Part shown: positions 55,372 to 64,000 of the stretch, in pieces
Position numbering within the stretch: the stretch's first letter is position 1
Layout: each line of letters opens with the position of its first letter
Source: Thiohalomonadaceae bacterium
GTDB lineage: Bacteria > Pseudomonadota > Gammaproteobacteria > Thiohalomonadales > Thiohalomonadaceae
Assembly (NCBI GenBank): GCA_041562215.1
Contig: JBFEYJ010000001.1
Coordinates: forward strand, 747-64,746
Direction: 5' to 3'
Length of the DNA stretch: 64,000 nucleotides
The notes under the pieces: model-generated
Databases searched by the model: none
Seen by the model: the letters and a program-made list of their open reading frames with translations, nothing else
Told to the model about the DNA's origin: nothing
Program-made: the position numbers and the translations under genes

Positions 55372-58300
55372 ATGAAAAAAAAATACACCAAAAAAGACAA
55401 AGAACCGTTACCTTTATTTGCCTCTAAAGAATACCGGTTGATGGAAAAAATCGGTGAGGGTGGTTTTGGACAAGTATACCGAGCAATTCACCTCAACACC
55501 AAACAACAGGTCGCTATAAAAATATTAAAGATCCCACCTAAACTGGATAGTAACAAAAAGCGTCGCTATATTGATCGATTCGAGCGAGAATCCCTATTAG
55601 TTAGTCGCTTACAGCATCCGAATATCGTTCGTTTACTCGACAAAGGTCAGCTTGAGAGCGGACTGATTTACACTGTATTTGAATTTATTGACGGAGAATC
55701 GTTAAAGGACAGATTGTTGAAGTCAGGCGCACAAAGCCCACTTGCTACCAAAGAGATTATGGCACAGGTACTTGACGGGCTTTCCTATGCACATGAGAAA
55801 GGCGTCATCCACAGGGACATTAAGCCGGCTAACATCATGCTGGTAACAACACAAAACAAAACTTACGTAAAGATACTCGACTTCGGAATAGGCGCATTGA
55901 TCAATGAGACATATCATCCAGACTATAAAAGCATCACACTCACCCAGGAGACCCTTGGCACACCATCCTACTGCTCTCCTGAGCAATTACGCGGGGAGCC
56001 CCCGACTCCGAAATCCGATCTGTATGTGTGGGGGCTGTTATTTATCGAATGCATAACAGGTAGCCCTGCCATCTATGGCTCCAATCTTGCATCTGTATTT
56101 CATAAACAGCTCAACCAGGAAAACGTCCCGATACCTGCGTTAATTGCAGGCCATCCTATTACCGGACTACTTAGGCGCGTTTTAGAAAAAAAGAGTACTG
56201 AACGTGCTGGGTGTGCTTCAAGCATTTACAAGGAACTTATTCAACTTAACTTTTCAGCTGTGGCACCCATACCGGCATCACCTTTATCAGAAAAGGACAA
56301 TTGGCCATCAAGCTCCAATGAATGCATGACTCAAACACTCCTGAACGATCACGACGTTACCTCCAAAGGTGTAACAGAGCGTAAACAGCTATCAGTTTTA
56401 TGCGTACGTGTAAATGTAAAGTCAACAGCAGAGACTTTTGATCATGAAATTATAGAGGCACTACATCGAGATCAAAAATCCCAATGTTGCGATATTGCCA
56501 TTGAATATAGCGCCATCCATGTTGGCAGCTTGGGTGATTCATTGTTGTTTTATTTCGGGTACCCACTAGTAAGCGATAGTGACGCCAGGCTTTGCGCTAG
56601 AACTGCCCTTGATATTCTAAGCAGGATAAAGAAACGTAACTCACTACTGAACAATACACAAGGTCTCGTGATCGAAGTATGCAGCGGTATACATACGGGC
56701 ATTATGACCTGCTATAGCGATATTATTCCAGATGGTGAAACAGCCAACATTGCCATAGAGCTTGCACGTAGCGCGCTGCCAAGTCAGATATTGTGCTCTG
56801 AAGCAAGCAAACTGATTCTTGATACTTACATATCATTCGAGTACTCAGAGTCTCGGCAAATCGGAATTGACTCGCGCGAGACAATAGTATATTTGCTTAC
56901 AGGTGAACGCCATGTGGAGGCATTTGGTTTCTTGAGAGCGAATCGGCACCATGACTGCTTTATCGGTCGAAAGGATGAGCTCGAACGCTTAACCAGTTTA
57001 TTGAAACAAAAAAGAATTAAGAGAGTTGTACGCAAACGCCAAAACTGCAGATTTTTCCATGTACATGGTGAGGCAGGAATAGGTAAGTCACGTCTGGTTT
57101 TTGAACTAAGAGACCGAGCAAAGAATTATAAACATATCGTTATTCAATGCCTCCCCGAGCATAAGCATCACGCACTATTCCCAATCTTAAACATTATCAG
57201 ATACCAATACTCACTTGATGCACATTCACCGGCTACCGCAGTGTCTCAACTTCGCAATGCTCTGGTGACTGGGGGGAACACCAGAGAACAGGATGCAATT
57301 GCTCTACTGTGTCTATGGCTTAATTTACCCATCCCGGATAATGTTCCACCTATAGCGATCTCACCTGACAAACAGAAAGAACGGCTACATGAAGCATTAG
57401 GCACGCTATTAACAAGAGTCGAGAATTCTTCGCCTGAATTTATCACTCTCTATATTTTTGAAGATATGCACTGGGCTGACCCTGCCAGCATAGAATTTAT
57501 CGCCTACCTATTATCAAACAGGCGCTTCCAGGAAGAAGGTCACATATTTATCAGCACATCAAGACAACGTCTGCCGGCAACACTGAACACTCTTGATATA
57601 GATAGCATTGTATTGCACAAACTCAACCCTGATATGGTAAAGGAATTCATTATCACCATGTTTGATAATGAGGTGCTTGAGGAAAGAGTTATTTCACTGA
57701 TCACTGAACGTACAGACGGCATCCCTCTATTCATCGAAGAATTTATCGCCATGCTAAAGCAGAAGCAAATTGTTCAACGCTTAAACGGAATCATCGACTT
57801 CTCAAAGCCTGAAAAAATCAATGAACTACCCAACAACCTTAGAGACTCTTTGCAGCAGAACCTGGATGAATTAGTGTATGCGAAAGAAACCGCTCAAATG
57901 GCGGCGACCATAGGACGAGAGTTTACCTACGACTTACTTGTCGCCTGCAGTCATCGCAGTGAAGAACAGGTGCAATCTGACTTGAATGAACTTCTTGAAT
58001 CGGAGTTGATATATATTCAGCGCAAGGTGGATTCTGATAGTTACATTTACAAGCACGCATTGATTAGGGATGCTGCTTACGAGAGCATGCCGCTATTGAG
58101 AAGAAAAGATGCACACAGACAAATCGCCGTAGCATTGGAGAGTGGGCATGTGGCGAACATGTCCCATAACCCAGCCGTAATGGCAATGCATTGGAGCAAA
58201 GCTGGTGACTGTGAAAAGGCTGTCGAGTATGGTATCAAAGCGGCCAATATGGCACTCAGACGTTCATCGGCCGGTGAAGCTATTAAGCATGGACTTGAGG

Positions 58301-59361
58301 CACAGTCTTGGATTGAAAAAATTGAAGAAAAAAAACAGCTGAACAACAGACTCGAGATATATGGTGTATTGACATCGGCCTATATGGAAACCAAAGGCTG
58401 GGGATCTAAAGAGGTGCTTTTTTACTCTGAAGAGTCACTTAAGTTGTTAAAATCAGAAAAACGACATGATGCTCTTGTTTCACACCTTTGGTGGAAAGTG
58501 CTTAACGGGATCGTAGGTGGCAGGCGTGAAGACCTGGCGAATATTTCCGCACAAATGAATACACTACTTGCTCATGTCAACAAAATAAATAAGTCCGCCA
58601 TTAAGTGTGCAGAAGGTTTTTATCACTTTACCGAAGGTGACCGGATAGCCTGTATCGAAGCGTTAAGTTCATCAATTAATTACTATGATCCTAAGGCAGA
58701 AATAACTCATCAGCAACTTTACGGGTTTGATGTCGGCGTCTTTGCAAAAGCGACTATAGCACGCGCATACGCTGACACCAACCAAATAGAAAAAGCGGTT
58801 AAATATGCGGAGGACGCTGTCACAGAAGCAAAGATTCACGAACACATTCCATCTATCGGTATATCGTTAATGTATTACGGTTTAGTACATCAACAGTACC
58901 AGAACAGGAAACTGGTAAAAGAATCATCACAAGAGCTTCTTGATATTTCAGAGAAGCATAACCTACCAATATACAAGGGATTTGCGCAAATGCTTTATGG
59001 ATGGGCTACCAGAGACATCACACAAGCCGAGATAGTACTCAGTAATTTGACGACAGCCGGATCACTACACGGACTGGGACAGTTTCAATCATTTTACGCT
59101 GAACTCTACGCAGAGAATGGCGACTACCAGGAGGCTGCAAGAAAGATCGATGAATGCTTAGCCTTAGATCAGGCTATCAATGAACCGAATTACCGAGCCT
59201 ACCTATTATTTAAAAGAGCTCAATATTTACTTTGTAGTGGTTACTACAATCGGAAAGCCGGATTAAAAGACCTCGATGACGCATATGCGTTAGCCAAACT
59301 TCAGGGAGTGAGTTACATTATGCAAAAGATAAAAGAGCTGAGAAAGAACCTCAAAAACTAA
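55372..59361 (+). CDS. Ser/Thr protein kinase fused to degenerate class III cyclase-like module, AAA/STAND NTPase and TPR-like repeats
   Basis: Kinase motifs: GEGGFGQVYRA, VAIK, HRDIKPANIM, DFG, GTPSYCSPEQ. The cyclase-homology-like block (SVLCVRVNV...GDSLLFYFGYP...SGIHTGIM) lacks the first metal Asp. Walker A HGEAGIGKS and Walker B-like LYIFEDMHWAD are present, followed by about 550 aa of helical repeats. Confidence 0.85.
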   Translation: MKKKYTKKDKEPLPLFASKEYRLMEKIGEGGFGQVYRAIHLNTKQQVAIKILKIPPKLDSNKKRRYIDRFERESLLVSRLQHPNIVRLLDKGQLESGLIYTVFEFIDGESLKDRLLKSGAQSPLATKEIMAQVLDGLSYAHEKGVIHRDIKPANIMLVTTQNKTYVKILDFGIGALINETYHPDYKSITLTQETLGTPSYCSPEQLRGEPPTPKSDLYVWGLLFIECITGSPAIYGSNLASVFHKQLNQENVPIPALIAGHPITGLLRRVLEKKSTERAGCASSIYKELIQLNFSAVAPIPASPLSEKDNWPSSSNECMTQTLLNDHDVTSKGVTERKQLSVLCVRVNVKSTAETFDHEIIEALHRDQKSQCCDIAIEYSAIHVGSLGDSLLFYFGYPLVSDSDARLCARTALDILSRIKKRNSLLNNTQGLVIEVCSGIHTGIMTCYSDIIPDGETANIAIELARSALPSQILCSEASKLILDTYISFEYSESRQIGIDSRETIVYLLTGERHVEAFGFLRANRHHDCFIGRKDELERLTSLLKQKRIKRVVRKRQNCRFFHVHGEAGIGKSRLVFELRDRAKNYKHIVIQCLPEHKHHALFPILNIIRYQYSLDAHSPATAVSQLRNALVTGGNTREQDAIALLCLWLNLPIPDNVPPIAISPDKQKERLHEALGTLLTRVENSSPEFITLYIFEDMHWADPASIEFIAYLLSNRRFQEEGHIFISTSRQRLPATLNTLDIDSIVLHKLNPDMVKEFIITMFDNEVLEERVISLITERTDGIPLFIEEFIAMLKQKQIVQRLNGIIDFSKPEKINELPNNLRDSLQQNLDELVYAKETAQMAATIGREFTYDLLVACSHRSEEQVQSDLNELLESELIYIQRKVDSDSYIYKHALIRDAAYESMPLLRRKDAHRQIAVALESGHVANMSHNPAVMAMHWSKAGDCEKAVEYGIKAANMALRRSSAGEAIKHGLEAQSWIEKIEEKKQLNNRLEIYGVLTSAYMETKGWGSKEVLFYSEESLKLLKSEKRHDALVSHLWWKVLNGIVGGRREDLANISAQMNTLLAHVNKINKSAIKCAEGFYHFTEGDRIACIEALSSSINYYDPKAEITHQQLYGFDVGVFAKATIARAYADTNQIEKAVKYAEDAVTEAKIHEHIPSIGISLMYYGLVHQQYQNRKLVKESSQELLDISEKHNLPIYKGFAQMLYGWATRDITQAEIVLSNLTTAGSLHGLGQFQSFYAELYAENGDYQEAARKIDECLALDQAINEPNYRAYLLFKRAQYLLCSGYYNRKAGLKDLDDAYALAKLQGVSYIMQKIKELRKNLKN

Positions 59362-59387
59362 AAGCAACTTATATGGAGATAAAAAAA

Positions 59388-60293
59388 ATGAATAACACTC
59401 TGGTAAGTAGTGGTAACACGTTAATGGACCTTAGGTTAATGATTCTAAGGACAATTTCACAAGTTTGGCAAAAACCGGACTTGAGGGAAGTAATTGAATC
59501 AAAAACACCGATCCAACTCTATCAATATTTTGCACAAGAATTTAATTACCATGCAGCATTTGAAAACTTTGGTATAAAATTCATGAAACCCACTGCAGAA
59601 TGGAACTTTTATGGCGACAATCAGTGGACAAAGCCGGAAGATGAAACCATCACAATCACCCTCCCACGCAACGAACAAAGCAGCACTTTTAACGCAACTG
59701 ACAAATTATTTGAATATTATAGCTACTTCCCGACTTTCTTCGGCTTAATGAGAAAGACTGGCGGACGAATCGAAACACATGACAGTGCGATTAAATCGTC
59801 TTCTGCAAGTCTGGTTCAAGGAACAAGCTCGATGTCCGGCACTGACTTCCATGGAAATGATTATGATCTTGGCGTGTCTGAGGATCCTTTCCTTGGATTT
59901 GGTGGAGTCTTACTAAAGATAATTGCCGCTTCATGGGAAAACCCTGAACTGACAAAAATGATTGACTATAATTACCAAAAAAATAATAACCATTCATCCA
60001 ATGAAACCTATTACGCAAATATAAAATCAATGCTCAATAAGTACTATGATTTTGAATTCCCTTGGGCATTTAACCTAAAATTTGTTTTTCCCTCCGATGA
60101 GGAATCATTCTGGTTCGAGAAAGATGGTGAATGGACTTGGAGAAAAGCCGATAACAATGGTGGACAATTAATCAGAAACACCGTATCGCTAGAGATCCCA
60201 AATGCACCGACAACAGGCGAGACGAGCGAAACAGCCATGGCATTGGCAAGATATAACATGATAGGTCCAGCATACCCATTTACCTGTTCATAG
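59388..60293 (+). CDS. tandem NHLP-like (nitrile-hydratase-leader-like) protein with single penultimate Cys; putative YcaO substrate
   Basis: GGAGAT SD precedes ATG 59388 (ORF-track start 59373). It has two internally similar halves: ILRTISQVWQKPDLREVI...ETITITLPRN and LLKIIAASWENPELTKMI...NTVSLEIPNAP. These echo the NHLP pattern (KAWxDPxF...vLP.kP). The only Cys in the protein is in the C-terminal ...GPAYPFTCS. Confidence 0.6.
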   Translation: MNNTLVSSGNTLMDLRLMILRTISQVWQKPDLREVIESKTPIQLYQYFAQEFNYHAAFENFGIKFMKPTAEWNFYGDNQWTKPEDETITITLPRNEQSSTFNATDKLFEYYSYFPTFFGLMRKTGGRIETHDSAIKSSSASLVQGTSSMSGTDFHGNDYDLGVSEDPFLGFGGVLLKIIAASWENPELTKMIDYNYQKNNNHSSNETYYANIKSMLNKYYDFEFPWAFNLKFVFPSDEESFWFEKDGEWTWRKADNNGGQLIRNTVSLEIPNAPTTGETSETAMALARYNMIGPAYPFTCS

Positions 60294-60300
60294 CAGTTTT

Positions 60301-62484
60301 ATGAAGGCGATTAATTTCTCGCTACAGTGGAACCCCCGCTTTTCAATATACAATCTTGATTGCGGAGGCGCCATTTTATTGGGCGATAGTGAACAGTTCC
60401 AATTAACCAAAAAAGACTTTTATGAAGTTAATGCTGTAATCACCAGAAAGGGAAATCTGTATGATTATGTCTTTGAGACAGAAGACCTATCAGAGCAAGT
60501 TTCGCGAATTGAGCGAATTGATACATTGGTATCAACCAACATTATCACTCGCAATCAAGAGGATGATCTAACTTATTTAATCCCGGACTTTTTATCTCAA
60601 ATTGAGGAAATTTGTTGCGGATCGATAAATATATATTTTCTAAGCACCTTAGTAGATAAGTCATTTATTACAGAGTGGCTATTGGGCATTGACTCACTTG
60701 ACGACATGACAATCGTCATTGTCGATGATTATTTAGACCCAAGGTTACTGAGAATAAGCGCCTATCTGGCAAAGAAAAAGACAAACTGGATACTCATCAA
60801 ACCAGTCGGCTTGACGGCTATGGTGGGACCCTACTTCAACAGTAATCGCCCTGACGCACCATGTTACCACTGCCTCCATACAAGGCTAGTCCAAAACAAC
60901 CCCGTTAGGGAGTGGTGTCGAAGACACACTAAGAGTGATAGCCAGTTGGCAGTACCTGTTATGGTTAGTCATGTGTCCATTAGACACGCACTTGAAAATT
61001 TTACAAGGTGTTATCTTCAACATTTACATGATAGACCCGATAGAGACAACATCATATACACCATTAATCCTGATGTCGCAGATACACAAGTGGGTAAATT
61101 TCACAATGTTATAAAAAGACCACAGTGCTCCGGCTGTGGTGATTCTGATTTATTTAAAAAAATGAATGATATCCCGATACATTTACTTGATTGTATAATA
61201 CATGATGACACAGATGGTGGTTATCGGAACATTGCCAGAGAGGTAACCTTAGACAACAATGACAAACTGATCAGTCCTGTTAGTGGAATCATTAGCGAAC
61301 TTAAGAACATTACTGATGATGAAAATCCGGACGAAATGGCAATCTACCAAGCAGCTTATTATCAAACCACCTACAATGAAAAAACAATTACGGCCGATAC
61401 CTTCGTCCAACTATCACTTGGAAAGGGGATATCAAAAAAGCAGGCCATGTCCAGCGCTATTTGCGAGGCGATTGAGCGGCAGGCAGCACAGTTTAACGGC
61501 GAGGAATCATTTATACTTTCCACTCCTAAAAAGCTAGATAATAGAGCATTCCAGCCTCAGTCACTTGCACAGTTCAGTCAAGCACAGTACAAAACATTCG
61601 CTCATTTCGAAGCGACAAGCCTGGATAATCCTCAGTGGGTTTGCGAATACAGTGAAAATACACCTATTCACTGGGTGCGAGGGTGGTCGTTAACTAAGCA
61701 GGAACATGTTTACTTTCCTGCTGCTTTCTGTTTCGCCAACACACCTTTTACTGATCACAAATACTCCCTCTATACACACAATGGCAATGCTGCAGGCAAT
61801 ACACAAGAAGAAGCGATTCTTCAGGGAGCCCTTGAAGTTATCGAAAGGGATGCGGTTGCAATATGGTGGTACAACCAAATCCCGCGACCCGAGATAGCAC
61901 TGGATGTGGTACCACAAGATACACTTAAAATAATATCTAAAACCCTGTCCGCAGATTGGGATTACTGGTTGCTGGATATATCACACGATATTAGTGTGGT
62001 CAGCTGCGTTGCAGTAGGTCGCCATAAAGAATCTGAGAAGTTTGTTTTAGGCTTTGGCAGCCACATGGAGGTATTGATTGCCTGTCAACGGGCACTAACA
62101 GAGATGTTTCAACTAATCACTATCAAAGATAAAGTTACTGGCCCCTTTGACTTCAATAATATCCCGCCCCATCCGTTCATGTTCCCGCGACGACATTCAG
62201 CTACAAAAAAAGCTACTGACTTCAATACAATTGAGACAAACAACATTCGCGAGGGCATTCTATACCTAATGAAAACATTAACAAATTGTGGCCTCGAACT
62301 TTGTGTCGTAAGTTATTCCAGAGCGGATATTTCCCTAAAGACGCTAAAAGTCATCATTCCTGGTTTATCCCACTTCTGGCCTCAGCTGGCGAACGAGAGA
62401 CTATATGATGTCCCGGTCCGTTTAGGATGGCTAAGCCAGCGATTAAAAGAAGAAGAGCTCAATCCCTTAGAGCTGTATTTATAA
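60301..62484 (+). CDS. fused E1-like docking / YcaO cyclodehydratase (TOMM-type)
   Basis: The N-terminal half has the cyclodehydratase-docking pattern (IVIVDDYLDPRLL...WILIKPVGLTAMVGPYFNSNRPDAPCYHCLHTRL...CSGCGD). The C-terminal half has YcaO signatures (LSLGKGISKKQAMSSAICEAIERQAAQF; HNGNAAGNTQEEAILQGALEVIERDAVAIWWYNQ). The ATG lies 7 nt after the upstream stop. Confidence 0.85.
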   Translation: MKAINFSLQWNPRFSIYNLDCGGAILLGDSEQFQLTKKDFYEVNAVITRKGNLYDYVFETEDLSEQVSRIERIDTLVSTNIITRNQEDDLTYLIPDFLSQIEEICCGSINIYFLSTLVDKSFITEWLLGIDSLDDMTIVIVDDYLDPRLLRISAYLAKKKTNWILIKPVGLTAMVGPYFNSNRPDAPCYHCLHTRLVQNNPVREWCRRHTKSDSQLAVPVMVSHVSIRHALENFTRCYLQHLHDRPDRDNIIYTINPDVADTQVGKFHNVIKRPQCSGCGDSDLFKKMNDIPIHLLDCIIHDDTDGGYRNIAREVTLDNNDKLISPVSGIISELKNITDDENPDEMAIYQAAYYQTTYNEKTITADTFVQLSLGKGISKKQAMSSAICEAIERQAAQFNGEESFILSTPKKLDNRAFQPQSLAQFSQAQYKTFAHFEATSLDNPQWVCEYSENTPIHWVRGWSLTKQEHVYFPAAFCFANTPFTDHKYSLYTHNGNAAGNTQEEAILQGALEVIERDAVAIWWYNQIPRPEIALDVVPQDTLKIISKTLSADWDYWLLDISHDISVVSCVAVGRHKESEKFVLGFGSHMEVLIACQRALTEMFQLITIKDKVTGPFDFNNIPPHPFMFPRRHSATKKATDFNTIETNNIREGILYLMKTLTNCGLELCVVSYSRADISLKTLKVIIPGLSHFWPQLANERLYDVPVRLGWLSQRLKEEELNPLELYL

Positions 62485-62521
62485 CACTTTCTCCACCAAA
62501 GGTGGATCAAAGGTTTACGTA

Positions 62522-63556
62522 GTGAATAAAAACGAAAAAAAACAAGTGCTTGTCTGTGGCACACAGTATGGTCAAGTCTATCTTCGTGCTATCGATGAAC
62601 TCCAGGACTTTGAAGTATCCGCATTACTTGCACGAGGGAGTGAGCGATCTATTAGGTTATCCGAGCAACGTGCCATCAGCTTATATAAAAATGTTGATCA
62701 GATCGATGAGCATGTTGATCTTGCTTGTGTTGCGATTGGTGGGGATGCCGGTACAGATGTTGCGGCTTCCTTATTGAAACGAGGAGTGCCGGTATTGCTG
62801 GAGCATCCTGTTTCAATTGACAAAGTGAGCCAACTTTTACATTTGGCGAATAAGCACGAAACTTTCTGCCATGTCAACAGCCACTTCCCGGAAATCAAAC
62901 CAATCAATTCTTTTATAGAACTCTGTAAAAAACTTAATAGCCGAAGCAAACCCCGAGTTATTAATGCTGCATGTAACAGCAGGACACTCTATTCCATGTT
63001 GGATATTTTACAACGTAGCCTTGGCGATATAAACCTGGAACACTTTACATCATCCCCAATGGGAACGCATGATCTTTATAAAAATTGTACATTTTCAGTG
63101 AATGAAACTCCATGCGCCATGGTCTACCAAAGGTGGCTTGGCCGCATTGATGATAGCAAGGATTCACCTTTAGGGCATGAAATAACCGTCACCTATCCCG
63201 AGGGCGTGCTTCGTCTTGCTGGCACCTTTGGCCCCTGCCAGTGGTTCCCCTTAGTTGCCGGCGGACTTCCAATCCATGCCCCTATAGTCAGTGACTCTGC
63301 TGATGACAATGGGACCGTTACCAGTATGGATATTATTCAATGGCGGATAGCGGCAAACAAAGTCGCCATAAACAATCTTCATCAATCATACATAAACCGT
63401 GATCTATCTGACAGCTATCAAAGTTGCGATTGGTTAGAACATTTATGCAGGCTTTGGAGTCACCTCTACACTCGACTCGGTGTTGTGTCGATTGAAGCTA
63501 CTCAAGAAATGGTTTCGTCACCCTATATAAACATTGACGCCATCCGGAAGGGTTAA
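62522..63556 (+). CDS. thiazolinyl-imide-reductase-like (PchG/Irp3/YbtU-type, Gfo/Idh/MocA fold) oxidoreductase
   Basis: GTG start. The N-terminus, VLVCGTQYGQVYLRAI...ALLARGSERSIRLSEQ...DLACVAIGG...GTDVAASLLKRGVPVLLEHPV, matches what I recall of the PchG/YbtU family pattern (VCGT.fG..Yl...LaRGS.RS...aCV...G..LA..LL.rG..VL.EHP). Confidence 0.65.
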   Translation: MNKNEKKQVLVCGTQYGQVYLRAIDELQDFEVSALLARGSERSIRLSEQRAISLYKNVDQIDEHVDLACVAIGGDAGTDVAASLLKRGVPVLLEHPVSIDKVSQLLHLANKHETFCHVNSHFPEIKPINSFIELCKKLNSRSKPRVINAACNSRTLYSMLDILQRSLGDINLEHFTSSPMGTHDLYKNCTFSVNETPCAMVYQRWLGRIDDSKDSPLGHEITVTYPEGVLRLAGTFGPCQWFPLVAGGLPIHAPIVSDSADDNGTVTSMDIIQWRIAANKVAINNLHQSYINRDLSDSYQSCDWLEHLCRLWSHLYTRLGVVSIEATQEMVSSPYINIDAIRKG

Positions 63557-63593
63557 CAAACGATTAATACATCGACCAGCACATGGGGTAGCT

Positions 63594-64000
63594 ATGGCAA
63601 CCATCTATAACGTAAATACAGGGATACAAATAAACTTAACAGCACATCATAGTTTTGGCCGAAATCCTCATGGTAACAATACTATCCTGGATGATGCATA
63701 TGCCTCACGCATTCATGCGGTAGTATTTTGGGATGGTGGGAATTGGAAAATAATGAACAAGAGCATTAACGGAACCTATCTCAATGGCACCAAGATATCC
63801 GATTCGCAGAGCAGCCTATTAGCAAAAGATGACAAGCTACATTTCGGCAGTATGCAGAGTGACACTTGGTGCATAATGGAAATTGAGGCGCCTACAGCCA
63901 CACTCATTCCGGTAACGCCATCTCTTTCGGAGATCATACTCATTGATATGGTTGCGCTCCCCTCTGAGGAGTCACCGCAAGTAACATTATATCAATCAGG
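63594..64000 (+). CDS. FHA-domain protein (3' end runs off the right edge)
   Basis: Absent from the ORF track because it has no stop in the window. ATG 63594 opens MATIYNVNTGIQINLTAHHSFGRNPHGNNTILDDAYASRIHAVVFWDGGNWKIMNKSINGTYLNGTKI..., which carries the FHA signature G-R...S-R-x-H...N-G-T-x-x-N-G. The frame is open to base 64000. Confidence 0.75.
   Translation, partial: MATIYNVNTGIQINLTAHHSFGRNPHGNNTILDDAYASRIHAVVFWDGGNWKIMNKSINGTYLNGTKISDSQSSLLAKDDKLHFGSMQSDTWCIMEIEAPTATLIPVTPSLSEIILIDMVALPSEESPQVTLYQS

Overview
This is a 64-kb window from a GC-rich proteobacterial (gammaproteobacterium-like) chromosome, and almost all core genes lie on the minus strand. From left to right it contains the following. 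(i) A redox/PAS signalling pair: a response-regulator/thioredoxin-reductase fusion cut by the left edge, plus a PAS-PAS histidine kinase. (ii) A small AT-rich islet with one zinc-ribbon ORF. (iii) An 8-gene TonB-dependent uptake cluster ending in a PCu(A)C copper chaperone (5.0-12.2 kb). (iv) A 6-gene operon of signal-peptide proteins (12.8-25.3 kb): a ~1740-aa beta-helix giant, three cupredoxin/multicopper-oxidase-fold proteins whose copper ligands are split between two of them, a lipoprotein and an S8 subtilase. (v) Three two-component genes. (vi) A complete xps-like type II secretion system (gspEFGHIJK, gspC/N-like, gspD, gspA, gspB ... gspLM; 27-45.5 kb), interrupted by a plus-strand SCO1 gene and a cytochrome c/periplasmic-binding-protein fusion. 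(vii) An HD-GYP response regulator with a 1403-aa multi-PAS hybrid kinase, and an App1-like phosphatase. (viii) From about 53 kb to the right edge, a visibly AT-richer island. It carries a Ser/Thr-kinase-STAND-TPR protein, then a RiPP-like cassette (tandem NHLP-like substrate with one penultimate Cys, fused E1-like/YcaO cyclodehydratase, thiazolinyl-imide-reductase-like enzyme), then an FHA protein cut by the right edge. I recognised no rRNA, tRNA, CRISPR array, transposase or integrase. The best candidates for something undescribed are the YcaO/reductase cassette and the split multicopper-oxidase/giant-protein operon embedded among copper-supply and T2SS genes. All family calls come from motif recognition by eye; no database search was possible. 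The two edge-truncated CDSs are absent from the ORF track and were found by my own translation.
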